This document shows, piece after piece, positions 1 through 7,488 of a stretch of DNA of 32,000 nucleotides; within the stretch, counting starts at the first letter, position 1; each line of letters opens with the position of its first letter. The notes below the pieces were generated by a model, which was not told where the DNA came from, made no database searches, and was given only the letters and a program-made list of their open reading frames with translations. A program made the position numbers and the translations under genes. This DNA comes from Thermodesulfobacterium commune DSM 2178. GTDB taxonomy: Bacteria > Desulfobacterota > Thermodesulfobacteria > Thermodesulfobacteriales > Thermodesulfobacteriaceae. The stretch covers positions 1,260,001 through 1,292,000 of the forward strand of contig NZ_CP008796.1 in the NCBI RefSeq assembly GCF_000734015.1. The letters are read 5' to 3'.

Positions 1-781
1 TGGTCTCTATCACATTCTTAGAATGTCCATGAGCTGAATCTATAAACAAAACGTCTGCTCCAGCCTTAAGTAATCTTTCTGCTTGCTCTAACCTATTAGC
101 CCCAACCCCTATAGCTGCTCCAACCCTCAACCTTCCAAGTTCATCTTTACAGGCATTAGGATATTTCTTAAGTTTTTCTATATCTTTTATGGTAATCAAT
201 CCCTTAAGACAAAAATCATCATCTACGATAAGAAGCTTTTCGATCCTATGCTCGTGTAAGATCTTAATCGCCTCTTCTAAGCTGATGCCTGGTTTAGCAG
301 TAACTAAATTTTCCTTTGTCATCAACTCTCTAACCGGGCGCTCAAAGTTGGTTTCAAACCTTAAATCCCTGTTGGTGATAATCCCTACCAGTTTTTTTCT
401 CGGGCCTTCAACCACAGGAATACCGGAAATCTTAAACTCTTCCATCAGTTTGAGAACTTCTTTTATCGGAGTATCCGGAGAAACAGTTACAGGATCATAA
501 ATCATCCCGCTCTCTGATTTTTTCACCTTTTCCACTTCTCTTACCTGTTCATCAAGGCTCATGTTACGATGAATAACCCCTAAGCCACCCTCTCGAGCCA
601 TACTTATTGCCATTCGACTTTCAGTAACCGTATCCATCGCCGCAGAAATAAGAGGGATATTTAGCTTTATTTTTGAAGTAATGTAGGTAGAAACGTCTAC
701 ATCCTTAGGTAAAACTTCTGAATATTCAGGTACTAAAAGCAGGTCATCAAAGGTATAGGCTTCGTATAAGATATCTAACAT
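1..781 (-). CDS. guaB: IMP dehydrogenase, N-terminal ~260 aa (3' end runs off the window)
   Basis: Hand translation of the minus strand from the ATG (complement of 779-781) gives MLDILYEAYTFDDLLLVPEYSEVLPKDVDVSTYITSKIKLNIPLISAAMDTVTESRMAISMAREGGLGVIHRNMS..., a typical GuaB N-terminus, then a CBS-like insert. The frame stays open to position 1. It is missing from the ORF track because no stop lies in the window. Confidence 0.9.
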   Translation of the reverse strand, partial: MLDILYEAYTFDDLLLVPEYSEVLPKDVDVSTYITSKIKLNIPLISAAMDTVTESRMAISMAREGGLGVIHRNMSLDEQVREVEKVKKSESGMIYDPVTVSPDTPIKEVLKLMEEFKISGIPVVEGPRKKLVGIITNRDLRFETNFERPVRELMTKENLVTAKPGISLEEAIKILHEHRIEKLLIVDDDFCLKGLITIKDIEKLKKYPNACKDELGRLRVGAAIGVGANRLEQAERLLKAGADVLFIDSAHGHSKNVIET

Positions 782-816
782 ACACCCGAACCCCTTTTAG
801 GAGATAAAAATTTTTA

Positions 817-2013
817 CTAATTATACCTCTCTATTAAAGAAAGTAAAGCGCCCTCTAAAATTCCATATACACTTAAGATAAGAAAATCCTTCTTAAAATA
901 TTCTAACACAGACCAGCAAATAAGAGCCCCTGGAAGGGCGATGTCTTCCCTTCCTTTTTCCATCCCTTTTATCTTGGAAATCCTCTCAAGGTCAGAATTA
1001 GCTAATTTTTTGACTATTATTTCTATGCGATCTTTAGAAATTTTATGACCGTTTAACGAATAAGGAGAATAGATCTTTAGCTTTAAATCCAGAGCCCCTA
1101 AAAGACTCGCAGTCCCTCCGGTAAAAATTACGTAATCTACCTCTTCCTTAGGTAAATCAACCAATTTATCCGAAAGATATTCCATGATAGACTTAAAAAC
1201 CTTAGAATTTACCGGATACCTTAGTTGAAAAAGGTCCTTTAACCAAACCGCCCCTATGTCTAAACTTTTAATCCATTTAGGCGTTCCTTTTTCACTTAAA
1301 ACAAACTCCGTAGAACCTCCCCCTATGTCTACCACCAAGAATTTCTTGTCAACCAACCCTTGAGATTGTAATCCATACAGCACCCCTTTTAAAGAAAGTA
1401 AAACCTCTTCCTCTGGAGAAATCACCTCTATGGCTATACCTATTTTCTTAGCTTCCGTTAAAAACTCCTGAGCATTCTTAGCTTTTCTAAAAATTGCCGT
1501 ACCTACAGCCCTATAATCTTTTACCTCATAGGTTTCCATCAAATCTTTAAAATTTCTCAGGGTCTCAATCCCCTTTTTAAAAGCTTCCTCTGTAATTTCC
1601 TGGTTAGTCAAACCTTCTCCAAGCCTTACGTTTTCTCGGTTTCTTGTCAAAAAATATACCTGATCTTGTATTTTCTTTCCTAAACAAATTCTAAAGGTTT
1701 GAGTTCCCAGGTCTAAAGCCGCAAAAAAAGGAAGGTTTAACCTTTCTTTAAACTCTTTTCCCAGCTTAAAAATTACCCTCAGTTTATTTTTAACATAATA
1801 GCTTTGTTGGTTTTTAGGATTTTTAAAAATAAGTCCTTTATTTTTTTTTAGCTCAAAAACTCCAAAATCCCTAAACTCTATACGATTACCTTTTTTTATT
1901 TCTTCTTTTAAAGTTTCAAAAAAAAGCTCAACTATTATTTTTAAGTCTTCTTTCTCCAATTCTAAATCTGAAAACTTTAAGCTTAAACTTTCTATCAGAT
2001 CACTTCGGTTCAT
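817..2013 (-). CDS. Fusion protein: complete IHF/HU-like DNA-binding domain (~95 aa) joined in frame to a short two-domain Ppx/GppA-family phosphatase (~300 aa)
   Basis: The N-terminus MNRSDLIESLSLKFS...IVELFFETLKEEIKKGNRIEFRDFGVFELKK...FKNPKNQQ...VIFKLGKEFKERLN follows the HU/IHF pattern, including the beta-arm NP. It continues without a stop into FAALDLGTQTFR, VVDIGGGSTEFV and FTGGTASLLG, the ASKHA phosphate and adenosine motifs of Ppx/GppA. I prefer the ATG at 2013 (AAGGTGA 5 nt upstream) over the track's GTG at 2022. Confidence 0.8.
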   Translation of the reverse strand: MNRSDLIESLSLKFSDLELEKEDLKIIVELFFETLKEEIKKGNRIEFRDFGVFELKKNKGLIFKNPKNQQSYYVKNKLRVIFKLGKEFKERLNLPFFAALDLGTQTFRICLGKKIQDQVYFLTRNRENVRLGEGLTNQEITEEAFKKGIETLRNFKDLMETYEVKDYRAVGTAIFRKAKNAQEFLTEAKKIGIAIEVISPEEEVLLSLKGVLYGLQSQGLVDKKFLVVDIGGGSTEFVLSEKGTPKWIKSLDIGAVWLKDLFQLRYPVNSKVFKSIMEYLSDKLVDLPKEEVDYVIFTGGTASLLGALDLKLKIYSPYSLNGHKISKDRIEIIVKKLANSDLERISKIKGMEKGREDIALPGALICWSVLEYFKKDFLILSVYGILEGALLSLIERYN

Positions 2014-2024
2014 GGTCTTCACCT

Positions 2025-2888
2025 TTAATAAGGGAAAAACCAGGGTTTAAGATAAAAAGACTCCGCTAATCCAGAGGCTTTCTCCTCTAACAACTTCCAA
2101 AAACTAACCTTTTTCTCAGGAAGATAAATCAGTTTGGCTTCTTTTATTTGGGCCAGCCTTTTTACCTCTTCTACTGCATCCCAAAACCCACCAAGTTTAT
2201 CTATCAAACCCAACTTTAAAGCCTCTTCTCCGGTAAAAATCCTTCCGTCAGCTAACTCTCTAACCTTGGCCTCAGGAAGCTTTCGTTCTTTGGCTATAGC
2301 TTTTATAAACTGCTCGTGAATAACCTTTATTTTTTCCTGGAGATAAACCTTTTCCTTAGGGCTTAATGGCCTGTAAAAAGACCCGGTATCTTTATATTCT
2401 CCACTTTTTATCACCTCTGCCTCAACCCCAAGCTTTTTTAACAGTTTTTCCAGGTTAGGCACCTGAAGCACCACCCCAATACTTCCTGTAAGGGTCCCAG
2501 GAAGGGCAAAAGTTTGGTTGCCTCCAAGAGACACATAAAAACCACCAGAAGCTGCGATGTTGCCCATAGAAACTACCACAGGCTTTATGGTCCTAAGTTT
2601 TTTCAGCTCTTCAAAGATCTCTTGAGAAGCTCCTACAGAACCACCTGGGGAGTCTATACGAACCACCACCCCTCTTATACTTTCCTTCTCTTTTAAAAAC
2701 TTTATAGCCCTAAGAAGTTCCTCTGGATCTGCAATGACCCCTTTTATTTCTAAAACCCCTATCTGGGGTTTCCCAAAATCTATATCCTTAAGCTTTATCA
2801 AAAAAGAAAGGATAAAACTCAACACAAACAAAAAAACTACCAACCCACCCACAAAAGCCAGTCCATAAACCAACCAAGGACGTCTCAT
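2025..2888 (-). CDS. sppA: Signal peptide peptidase SppA, 36K type
   Basis: N-terminal TM helix followed by a ClpP/crotonase-like body with VVVRIDSPGGSVGAS and MGNIAASGGFYVS (catalytic Ser context). Length is 287 aa. Confidence 0.85.
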   Translation of the reverse strand: MRRPWLVYGLAFVGGLVVFLFVLSFILSFLIKLKDIDFGKPQIGVLEIKGVIADPEELLRAIKFLKEKESIRGVVVRIDSPGGSVGASQEIFEELKKLRTIKPVVVSMGNIAASGGFYVSLGGNQTFALPGTLTGSIGVVLQVPNLEKLLKKLGVEAEVIKSGEYKDTGSFYRPLSPKEKVYLQEKIKVIHEQFIKAIAKERKLPEAKVRELADGRIFTGEEALKLGLIDKLGGFWDAVEEVKRLAQIKEAKLIYLPEKKVSFWKLLEEKASGLAESFYLKPWFFPY

Positions 2889-2898
2889 AAAACTCCCC

Positions 2899-4590
2899 TT
2901 AAGCTCTCTTTAATTTTTGAGCCAATAAATCCCCTAACCTTACCCCTGTTCCTTCTTTTTGAAAGGCTTCTTTGTAGGTTTCTAACTCTTGCTTTTCAAG
3001 GTCTTCTAAATATTTCAAACAAGAAAGATGAAGTTTTTTGTTTTCAGGGTCTAACACCATTATTTTACCTTTTAACCGATCTCCTGTTTTATATTTTTCA
3101 GCTATCTTTTCTAGTTTAAAGGAACTCTTTCCTTTAAACTCTTCAGAAAGTTCTTTAAAAGGAATAAAACCTTCTATACCTTGAAAAACTTCAACAATAA
3201 CCCCTGTTGAGGCCATCCGTTTTATCACCCCTTCTACCACATCTCCTATCTTATGAGAAGCCACAAAATTTTCCCAAGGGTCTGGGGTTAGGTGTTTAAC
3301 ACTTAAACTAAGCTTTCTTTTTTCAGGATTTATCTCAAGAACCTTGGCAATAACTTCTTGTCCAGGACTAAACTTCTCTTTTAAATTTTCTATCCTTTCC
3401 CAAGAAAGGTTGGACACATGAATAAAACCTTCAACTCCCTCTCTTACCTCAACTAGCAACCCATGATTCAATACCTGTTTTATTTTCCCTTTTACTACAG
3501 CACCTACCTCTACCTCTTCTACAAACTTTTCCCAGGGACTTGGTTCAAGACGCTTTAAACTAAGTACCATTTTCCTTTCAGAAGGTTTTATTTCGAGGAT
3601 TACAGCCTCTACCAGATCTCCCAAATCTAAAATGTCCTTAGGTTTTAAGTTTTTATTCCATCCTATCTCACTTCTTGGTACCAACCCTTCTACTCCAGGT
3701 TCTATCTCTAAAAAAGCCCCAAAATCAAAAATTCCTACTACCTTCCCCTTAACCTGCTGACCTTCTTGATAACGATTGGCTACCCCTTCCCAAGGGTCAG
3801 GCTCTAAGGCTTTTAGACTAACCTTAAGTTGTTCCTTAGAAGGATCAAAGGAAAGTACCTTAACCTTTATTTGATCCCCTCTTTTCAAAAAACCCTCTGG
3901 GTCTGTTATCCTAAACCAAGAAAGTTCTTTGTCAGGAAGAAAACCCTTTAACACCCCACCAAAATCTACCAAAAACCCTCCTTCTACCCTCTTAAAAACC
4001 TCTCCGTCTAACACACCTTCTTTTATCTTATCTAAAACCTCTTTTTTCTTTAGTTCATATTCTCTTTCAAGCAAAGCCCTTCTTGAAACCACCAGGTTCT
4101 CTTTGTCAATTTTAACTACCAAAGCCTCAAACTCCTTTCCGATAAGAGCCTCAGGAGAATCAAGTTTTTCTCTAAAATGGGCCTGGGAAAAGGGAAGAAA
4201 TCCTGGAACAAAGCCCTCAACCTTAACCGTGTATCCTCCTTTTATCAAAGAGACTATTTTTATCTGCACAGGAAGCCCTTTTTCAAAACTATTTTTTATC
4301 CTTTCTTTAACCTTCTTTTCTCTTATTTTTTGATAGGAAAGCAAGTATCCACCTAAGGGAGCTCTTCCTATCACCAAAAATTCTCCTTCCTCTCCTTCAC
4401 TAAACTGAAATCCCCCTTTTTCGTCTTTTATCTCATCCACAGGCAAAAGGGCCTCCCCTTTTAACCCCACATCCACAAACGCGTATTCTTTCCCTATCTT
4501 AACCACCTTTCCTTTAACTACCTCTCCAATAGCGATCTCTTGAAAAGACTTATTTAAATACTCTTCGAACTCCTTTGCCCAATCTGTCAT
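2899..4590 (-). CDS. rpsA: 30S ribosomal protein S1 (six S1/OB repeats)
   Basis: Repeated S1 motifs (G.VV.G.V......GAFV/FL.....EG..P.SE). The ATG at 4590 (MTDWAKEFEE...) is preceded by GAGAGG. The track's TTG at 4605 adds 5 codons and lies on top of that RBS, so I reject it. Confidence 0.93.
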   Translation of the reverse strand: MTDWAKEFEEYLNKSFQEIAIGEVVKGKVVKIGKEYAFVDVGLKGEALLPVDEIKDEKGGFQFSEGEEGEFLVIGRAPLGGYLLSYQKIREKKVKERIKNSFEKGLPVQIKIVSLIKGGYTVKVEGFVPGFLPFSQAHFREKLDSPEALIGKEFEALVVKIDKENLVVSRRALLEREYELKKKEVLDKIKEGVLDGEVFKRVEGGFLVDFGGVLKGFLPDKELSWFRITDPEGFLKRGDQIKVKVLSFDPSKEQLKVSLKALEPDPWEGVANRYQEGQQVKGKVVGIFDFGAFLEIEPGVEGLVPRSEIGWNKNLKPKDILDLGDLVEAVILEIKPSERKMVLSLKRLEPSPWEKFVEEVEVGAVVKGKIKQVLNHGLLVEVREGVEGFIHVSNLSWERIENLKEKFSPGQEVIAKVLEINPEKRKLSLSVKHLTPDPWENFVASHKIGDVVEGVIKRMASTGVIVEVFQGIEGFIPFKELSEEFKGKSSFKLEKIAEKYKTGDRLKGKIMVLDPENKKLHLSCLKYLEDLEKQELETYKEAFQKEGTGVRLGDLLAQKLKRA

Positions 4591-4626
4591 ACCAACCTCT
4601 CGCAAGTTACGACTATTTTTTTCTCA

Positions 4627-4655
4627 AGTATACATAGACTTGTAAAGTTTATCAA
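4627..4655 (-). promoter_or_regulatory. Candidate sigma70-type promoter of rpsA (TTGATA - 17 nt - TATACT)
   Basis: The minus strand reads cTTGATAaactttacaagtctatgTATACTtgag. The -35 is the complement of 4650-4655 and the -10 the complement of 4627-4632, about 36 nt upstream of the rpsA ATG. Confidence 0.55.
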
Positions 4656-4660
4656 GCTTT

Positions 4661-4669
4661 ATAAGACTA
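4661..4669. repeat. 9-bp target-site duplication ATAAGACTA, left copy (IS copy 1)
   Basis: The identical 9-mer directly abuts the other IS end at 6009-6017. Confidence 0.85.
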
Positions 4670-6008
4670 GGGAGTAGAATATAAATTGTGTCTTTTAATA
4701 AAATATTTTAGAGGCATAATAAAAATTTTTAATATTTTTTAAATTAATGATAACATAAAACCTAAAAGACTAAACTAACCAGGAGGTCTGTAAAATGGAA
4801 AACTTAGACTTAGATTTAGAAAAAGTTTTAAGTGAAATCTCAAAAATTGAATCAAAAGAGGGTATCAAAATGGCTGCTGCACTCCTCTTAAACGCTCTCA
4901 TGAAAAAAGAAAGAGAAATATTCCTTAGAGATAGTATTGATAATAAAGCTAATGGTTACTATGAAAGACAACTTGCCTGTTTCTTAGGTAACCTTGGTAT
5001 CTCTGTCCCAAGAGATAGAAAATCTGAATTCAGACCTGCTATTCTTCCTCCTGAATGGCAAAAAGCTGATGAATCCTTCCAGGACTTTATCCTTAACCTC
5101 GTTCTCCAAAGCTACTCCCCCAATAAAATCAAAGCCCTCTTGCAATCTATGAAACTCCCCTACTCCCCAGAACAAATAGAAGAAATTAAAGAAGAATTGT
5201 ATAACCAAGCCAAAGAATTAAAAACCAAAGAATTGCCAGAAAATTTGTTTGCTATGTTTATAGACGCTTATCATACTCAGATAAAAGATACCGAAGCCAA
5301 CAGAATCAGAAAAGCAGTTATTTATAATATCATCGGGATAGATATGGAGGGAAGAAAAAATTTACTTTCTTATTACATTTATTTTGGTTCAGAGACGAAG
5401 GAGGACTGGCTCCAGATACTTAATGATTTGATAAAGAGGGGAGTTAAGAGGGTTATGGTAATAGTGAGTGATGATTTTCCTGGCCTTACTCAAGCCATAA
5501 AAGCCCTCTTTCCTGAGACAGATCATCAGCTTTGTTTTGTACACATGCAAAGGAACATCAACAGGAACATGTCTAAGCAGGATGCTAAAAAATTTTATGA
5601 GGAGTTAAGCATTATAAAGAGGATAGAGGAGTATGAGAGGGCCTTAAATAGATTTGAGGAATTATGTAAGAGTTATGAGAAGAAGTATCCAGCTTATATA
5701 AAGGGACTTTTGAAAAAGAAGGAGCATTATTTTGTTTATAAGAAATATCCTGAGGGGGTGAGGAGGTATATATACACGACGAATGTGGTTGAGAATATAA
5801 ATAGCAGGATAGAGCTGATAAGGGTAAATACAGGGGGATATTTTCAATCAATCAAGACAGCAGAGGTTGCGATATACATAACAGTAAGTCGGATTCAGAA
5901 AACGAGATGGCAAAAACCACTTCCTTTAATTAAGTCTGCTTTATACGAATTGAGGCAAATGTTTGTAAAGAGATTTTATAAGGAGACACAATTCTCTTGA
6001 CAAGTGTC
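4670..6008 (+). mobile_element. IS256-family insertion sequence, copy 1 (1,339 bp)
   Basis: Boundaries come from where the two copies stop being identical, together with the flanking direct repeats. Both ends carry the subterminal AATTGTGTC core (14-15 nt from each tip) that resembles the IS256 inverted repeat. It holds a single Mutator-type transposase ORF. Confidence 0.9.
4795..6000 (+). CDS. IS256-family (Mutator-type) DDE transposase
   Basis: 401 aa with AGGAGG 8 nt upstream. Family-typical blocks are FIDAYH (first D), VIVSDDFPGL (second D) and TTNVVENINSRI (E). Confidence 0.9.
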   Translation: MENLDLDLEKVLSEISKIESKEGIKMAAALLLNALMKKEREIFLRDSIDNKANGYYERQLACFLGNLGISVPRDRKSEFRPAILPPEWQKADESFQDFILNLVLQSYSPNKIKALLQSMKLPYSPEQIEEIKEELYNQAKELKTKELPENLFAMFIDAYHTQIKDTEANRIRKAVIYNIIGIDMEGRKNLLSYYIYFGSETKEDWLQILNDLIKRGVKRVMVIVSDDFPGLTQAIKALFPETDHQLCFVHMQRNINRNMSKQDAKKFYEELSIIKRIEEYERALNRFEELCKSYEKKYPAYIKGLLKKKEHYFVYKKYPEGVRRYIYTTNVVENINSRIELIRVNTGGYFQSIKTAEVAIYITVSRIQKTRWQKPLPLIKSALYELRQMFVKRFYKETQFS

Positions 6009-6017
6009 ATAAGACTA
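6009..6017. repeat. 9-bp target-site duplication ATAAGACTA, right copy (IS copy 1)
   Basis: Matches 4661-4669 exactly and abuts the IS right tip. Confidence 0.85.
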
Positions 6018-6133
6018 TTTTATTTTTACCAGACCTTTTTGCCTGATACAACCTTTCGTCTACTTTTTTAAGGAGAGCTGAGAGTTCCATACCTTGCTGA
6101 TATTCTACCACCCCACCACTTATGGTAACTTTT

Positions 6134-6141
6134 CCTACTTC
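6134..6141. repeat. 8-bp target-site duplication CCTACTTC, left copy (IS copy 2)
   Basis: The identical 8-mer abuts the other end at 7481-7488. Confidence 0.85.
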
Positions 6142-7480
6142 GGGAGTAGAATATAAATTGTGTCTTTTAATAAAATATTTTAGAGGCATAATAAAAATTT
6201 TTAATATTTTTTAAATTAATGATAACATAAAACCTAAAAGACTAAACTAACCAGGAGGTCTGTAAAATGGAAAACTTAGACTTAGATTTAGAAAAAGTTT
6301 TAAGTGAAATCTCAAAAATTGAATCAAAAGAGGGTATCAAAATGGCTGCTGCACTCCTCTTAAACGCTCTCATGAAAAAAGAAAGAGAAATATTCCTTAG
6401 AGATAGTATTGATAATAAAGCTAATGGTTACTATGAAAGACAACTTGCCTGTTTCTTAGGTAACCTTGGTATCTCTGTCCCAAGAGATAGAAAATCTGAA
6501 TTCAGACCTGCTATTCTTCCTCCTGAATGGCAAAAAGCTGATGAATCCTTCCAGGACTTTATCCTTAACCTCGTTCTCCAAAGCTACTCCCCCAATAAAA
6601 TCAAAGCCCTCTTGCAATCTATGAAACTCCCCTACTCCCCAGAACAAATAGAAGAAATTAAAGAAGAATTGTATAACCAAGCCAAAGAATTAAAAACCAA
6701 AGAATTGCCAGAAAATTTGTTTGCTATGTTTATAGACGCTTATCATACTCAGATAAAAGATACCGAAGCCAACAGAATCAGAAAAGCAGTTATTTATAAT
6801 ATCATCGGGATAGATATGGAGGGAAGAAAAAATTTACTTTCTTATTACATTTATTTTGGTTCAGAGACGAAGGAGGACTGGCTCCAGATACTTAATGATT
6901 TGATAAAGAGGGGAGTTAAGAGGGTTATGGTAATAGTGAGTGATGATTTTCCTGGCCTTACTCAAGCCATAAAAGCCCTCTTTCCTGAGACAGATCATCA
7001 GCTTTGTTTTGTACACATGCAAAGGAACATCAACAGGAACATGTCTAAGCAGGATGCTAAAAAATTTTATGAGGAGTTAAGCATTATAAAGAGGATAGAG
7101 GAGTATGAGAGGGCCTTAAATAGATTTGAGGAATTATGTAAGAGTTATGAGAAGAAGTATCCAGCTTATATAAAGGGACTTTTGAAAAAGAAGGAGCATT
7201 ATTTTGTTTATAAGAAATATCCTGAGGGGGTGAGGAGGTATATATACACGACGAATGTGGTTGAGAATATAAATAGCAGGATAGAGCTGATAAGGGTAAA
7301 TACAGGGGGATATTTTCAATCAATCAAGACAGCAGAGGTTGCGATATACATAACAGTAAGTCGGATTCAGAAAACGAGATGGCAAAAACCACTTCCTTTA
7401 ATTAAGTCTGCTTTATACGAATTGAGGCAAATGTTTGTAAAGAGATTTTATAAGGAGACACAATTCTCTTGACAAGTGTC
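6142..7480 (+). mobile_element. IS256-family insertion sequence, copy 2 (1,339 bp, same orientation)
   Basis: Offset by exactly 1,472 bp from copy 1. It was identical wherever I compared the two by eye, and the ORF-track proteins are identical. Confidence 0.9.
6267..7472 (+). CDS. IS256-family (Mutator-type) DDE transposase, second copy
   Basis: The 401-aa product is identical to that of 4795-6000. Confidence 0.9.
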   Translation: MENLDLDLEKVLSEISKIESKEGIKMAAALLLNALMKKEREIFLRDSIDNKANGYYERQLACFLGNLGISVPRDRKSEFRPAILPPEWQKADESFQDFILNLVLQSYSPNKIKALLQSMKLPYSPEQIEEIKEELYNQAKELKTKELPENLFAMFIDAYHTQIKDTEANRIRKAVIYNIIGIDMEGRKNLLSYYIYFGSETKEDWLQILNDLIKRGVKRVMVIVSDDFPGLTQAIKALFPETDHQLCFVHMQRNINRNMSKQDAKKFYEELSIIKRIEEYERALNRFEELCKSYEKKYPAYIKGLLKKKEHYFVYKKYPEGVRRYIYTTNVVENINSRIELIRVNTGGYFQSIKTAEVAIYITVSRIQKTRWQKPLPLIKSALYELRQMFVKRFYKETQFS

Positions 7481-7488
7481 CCTACTTC
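7481..7488. repeat. 8-bp target-site duplication CCTACTTC, right copy (IS copy 2)
   Basis: Matches 6134-6141 exactly and abuts the IS right tip. Confidence 0.85.

Larger units (their letters stand above)
6007..6141 (-). pseudogene. 3' fragment (last ~44 codons plus stop) of the IS-disrupted GGDEF gene
   Basis: The minus strand reads ...EVGKVTISGGVVEYQQGMELSALLKKVDERLYQAKRSGKNKIVL*, a canonical GGDEF-domain C-terminus. It continues the reading frame that is broken at 7481. Confidence 0.85.

Noticed and set aside
189-500. 103-aa plus-strand ORF
   Set aside because: It lies entirely antisense to the well-supported guaB reading frame. Its composition is low-complexity Ser/Leu/Ile, typical of a shadow ORF opposite Lys/Glu-rich coding DNA.
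3929-4333. 134-aa ORF antisense to rpsA, plus similar antisense ORFs at 2134-2319, 2514-2696, 9123-9320, 9996-10319, 11167-11433, 11495-11725, 12804-13157, 13943-14134, 14332-14556, 16469-16759, 20319-20543, 20869-21183, 21362-21661, 24201-24410, 25706-25930, 26733-26954 and 28490-28891
   Set aside because: All are embedded opposite strongly supported genes. They have no RBS and Ser/Phe/Leu-rich products with no recognisable motifs. They are the expected complement of purine-rich (GAA/AAA/AAG) codon usage.
4984-5851. Small minus-strand ORFs inside the transposase genes (4984-5208, 5612-5851, 5662-5847 and their duplicates at 6456-6680, 7084-7323, 7134-7319)
   Set aside because: They are antisense to the transposase ORF with no motifs or RBS, and appear twice only because the IS is duplicated.
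6007-6189. 60-aa ORF annotated as if it were a gene
   Set aside because: It is a chimera. Its first ~16 codons are read outward from the left end of IS copy 2, and the rest is the orphaned 3' end of the GGDEF gene. I annotated it as a pseudogene fragment instead.
4670-7480. Composite transposon carrying cargo, or a tandem duplication of one IS
   Set aside because: The DNA between the copies is only 133 bp of gene remnant. Each copy has its own matching 8-9 bp direct repeat, which fits two independent simple insertions.
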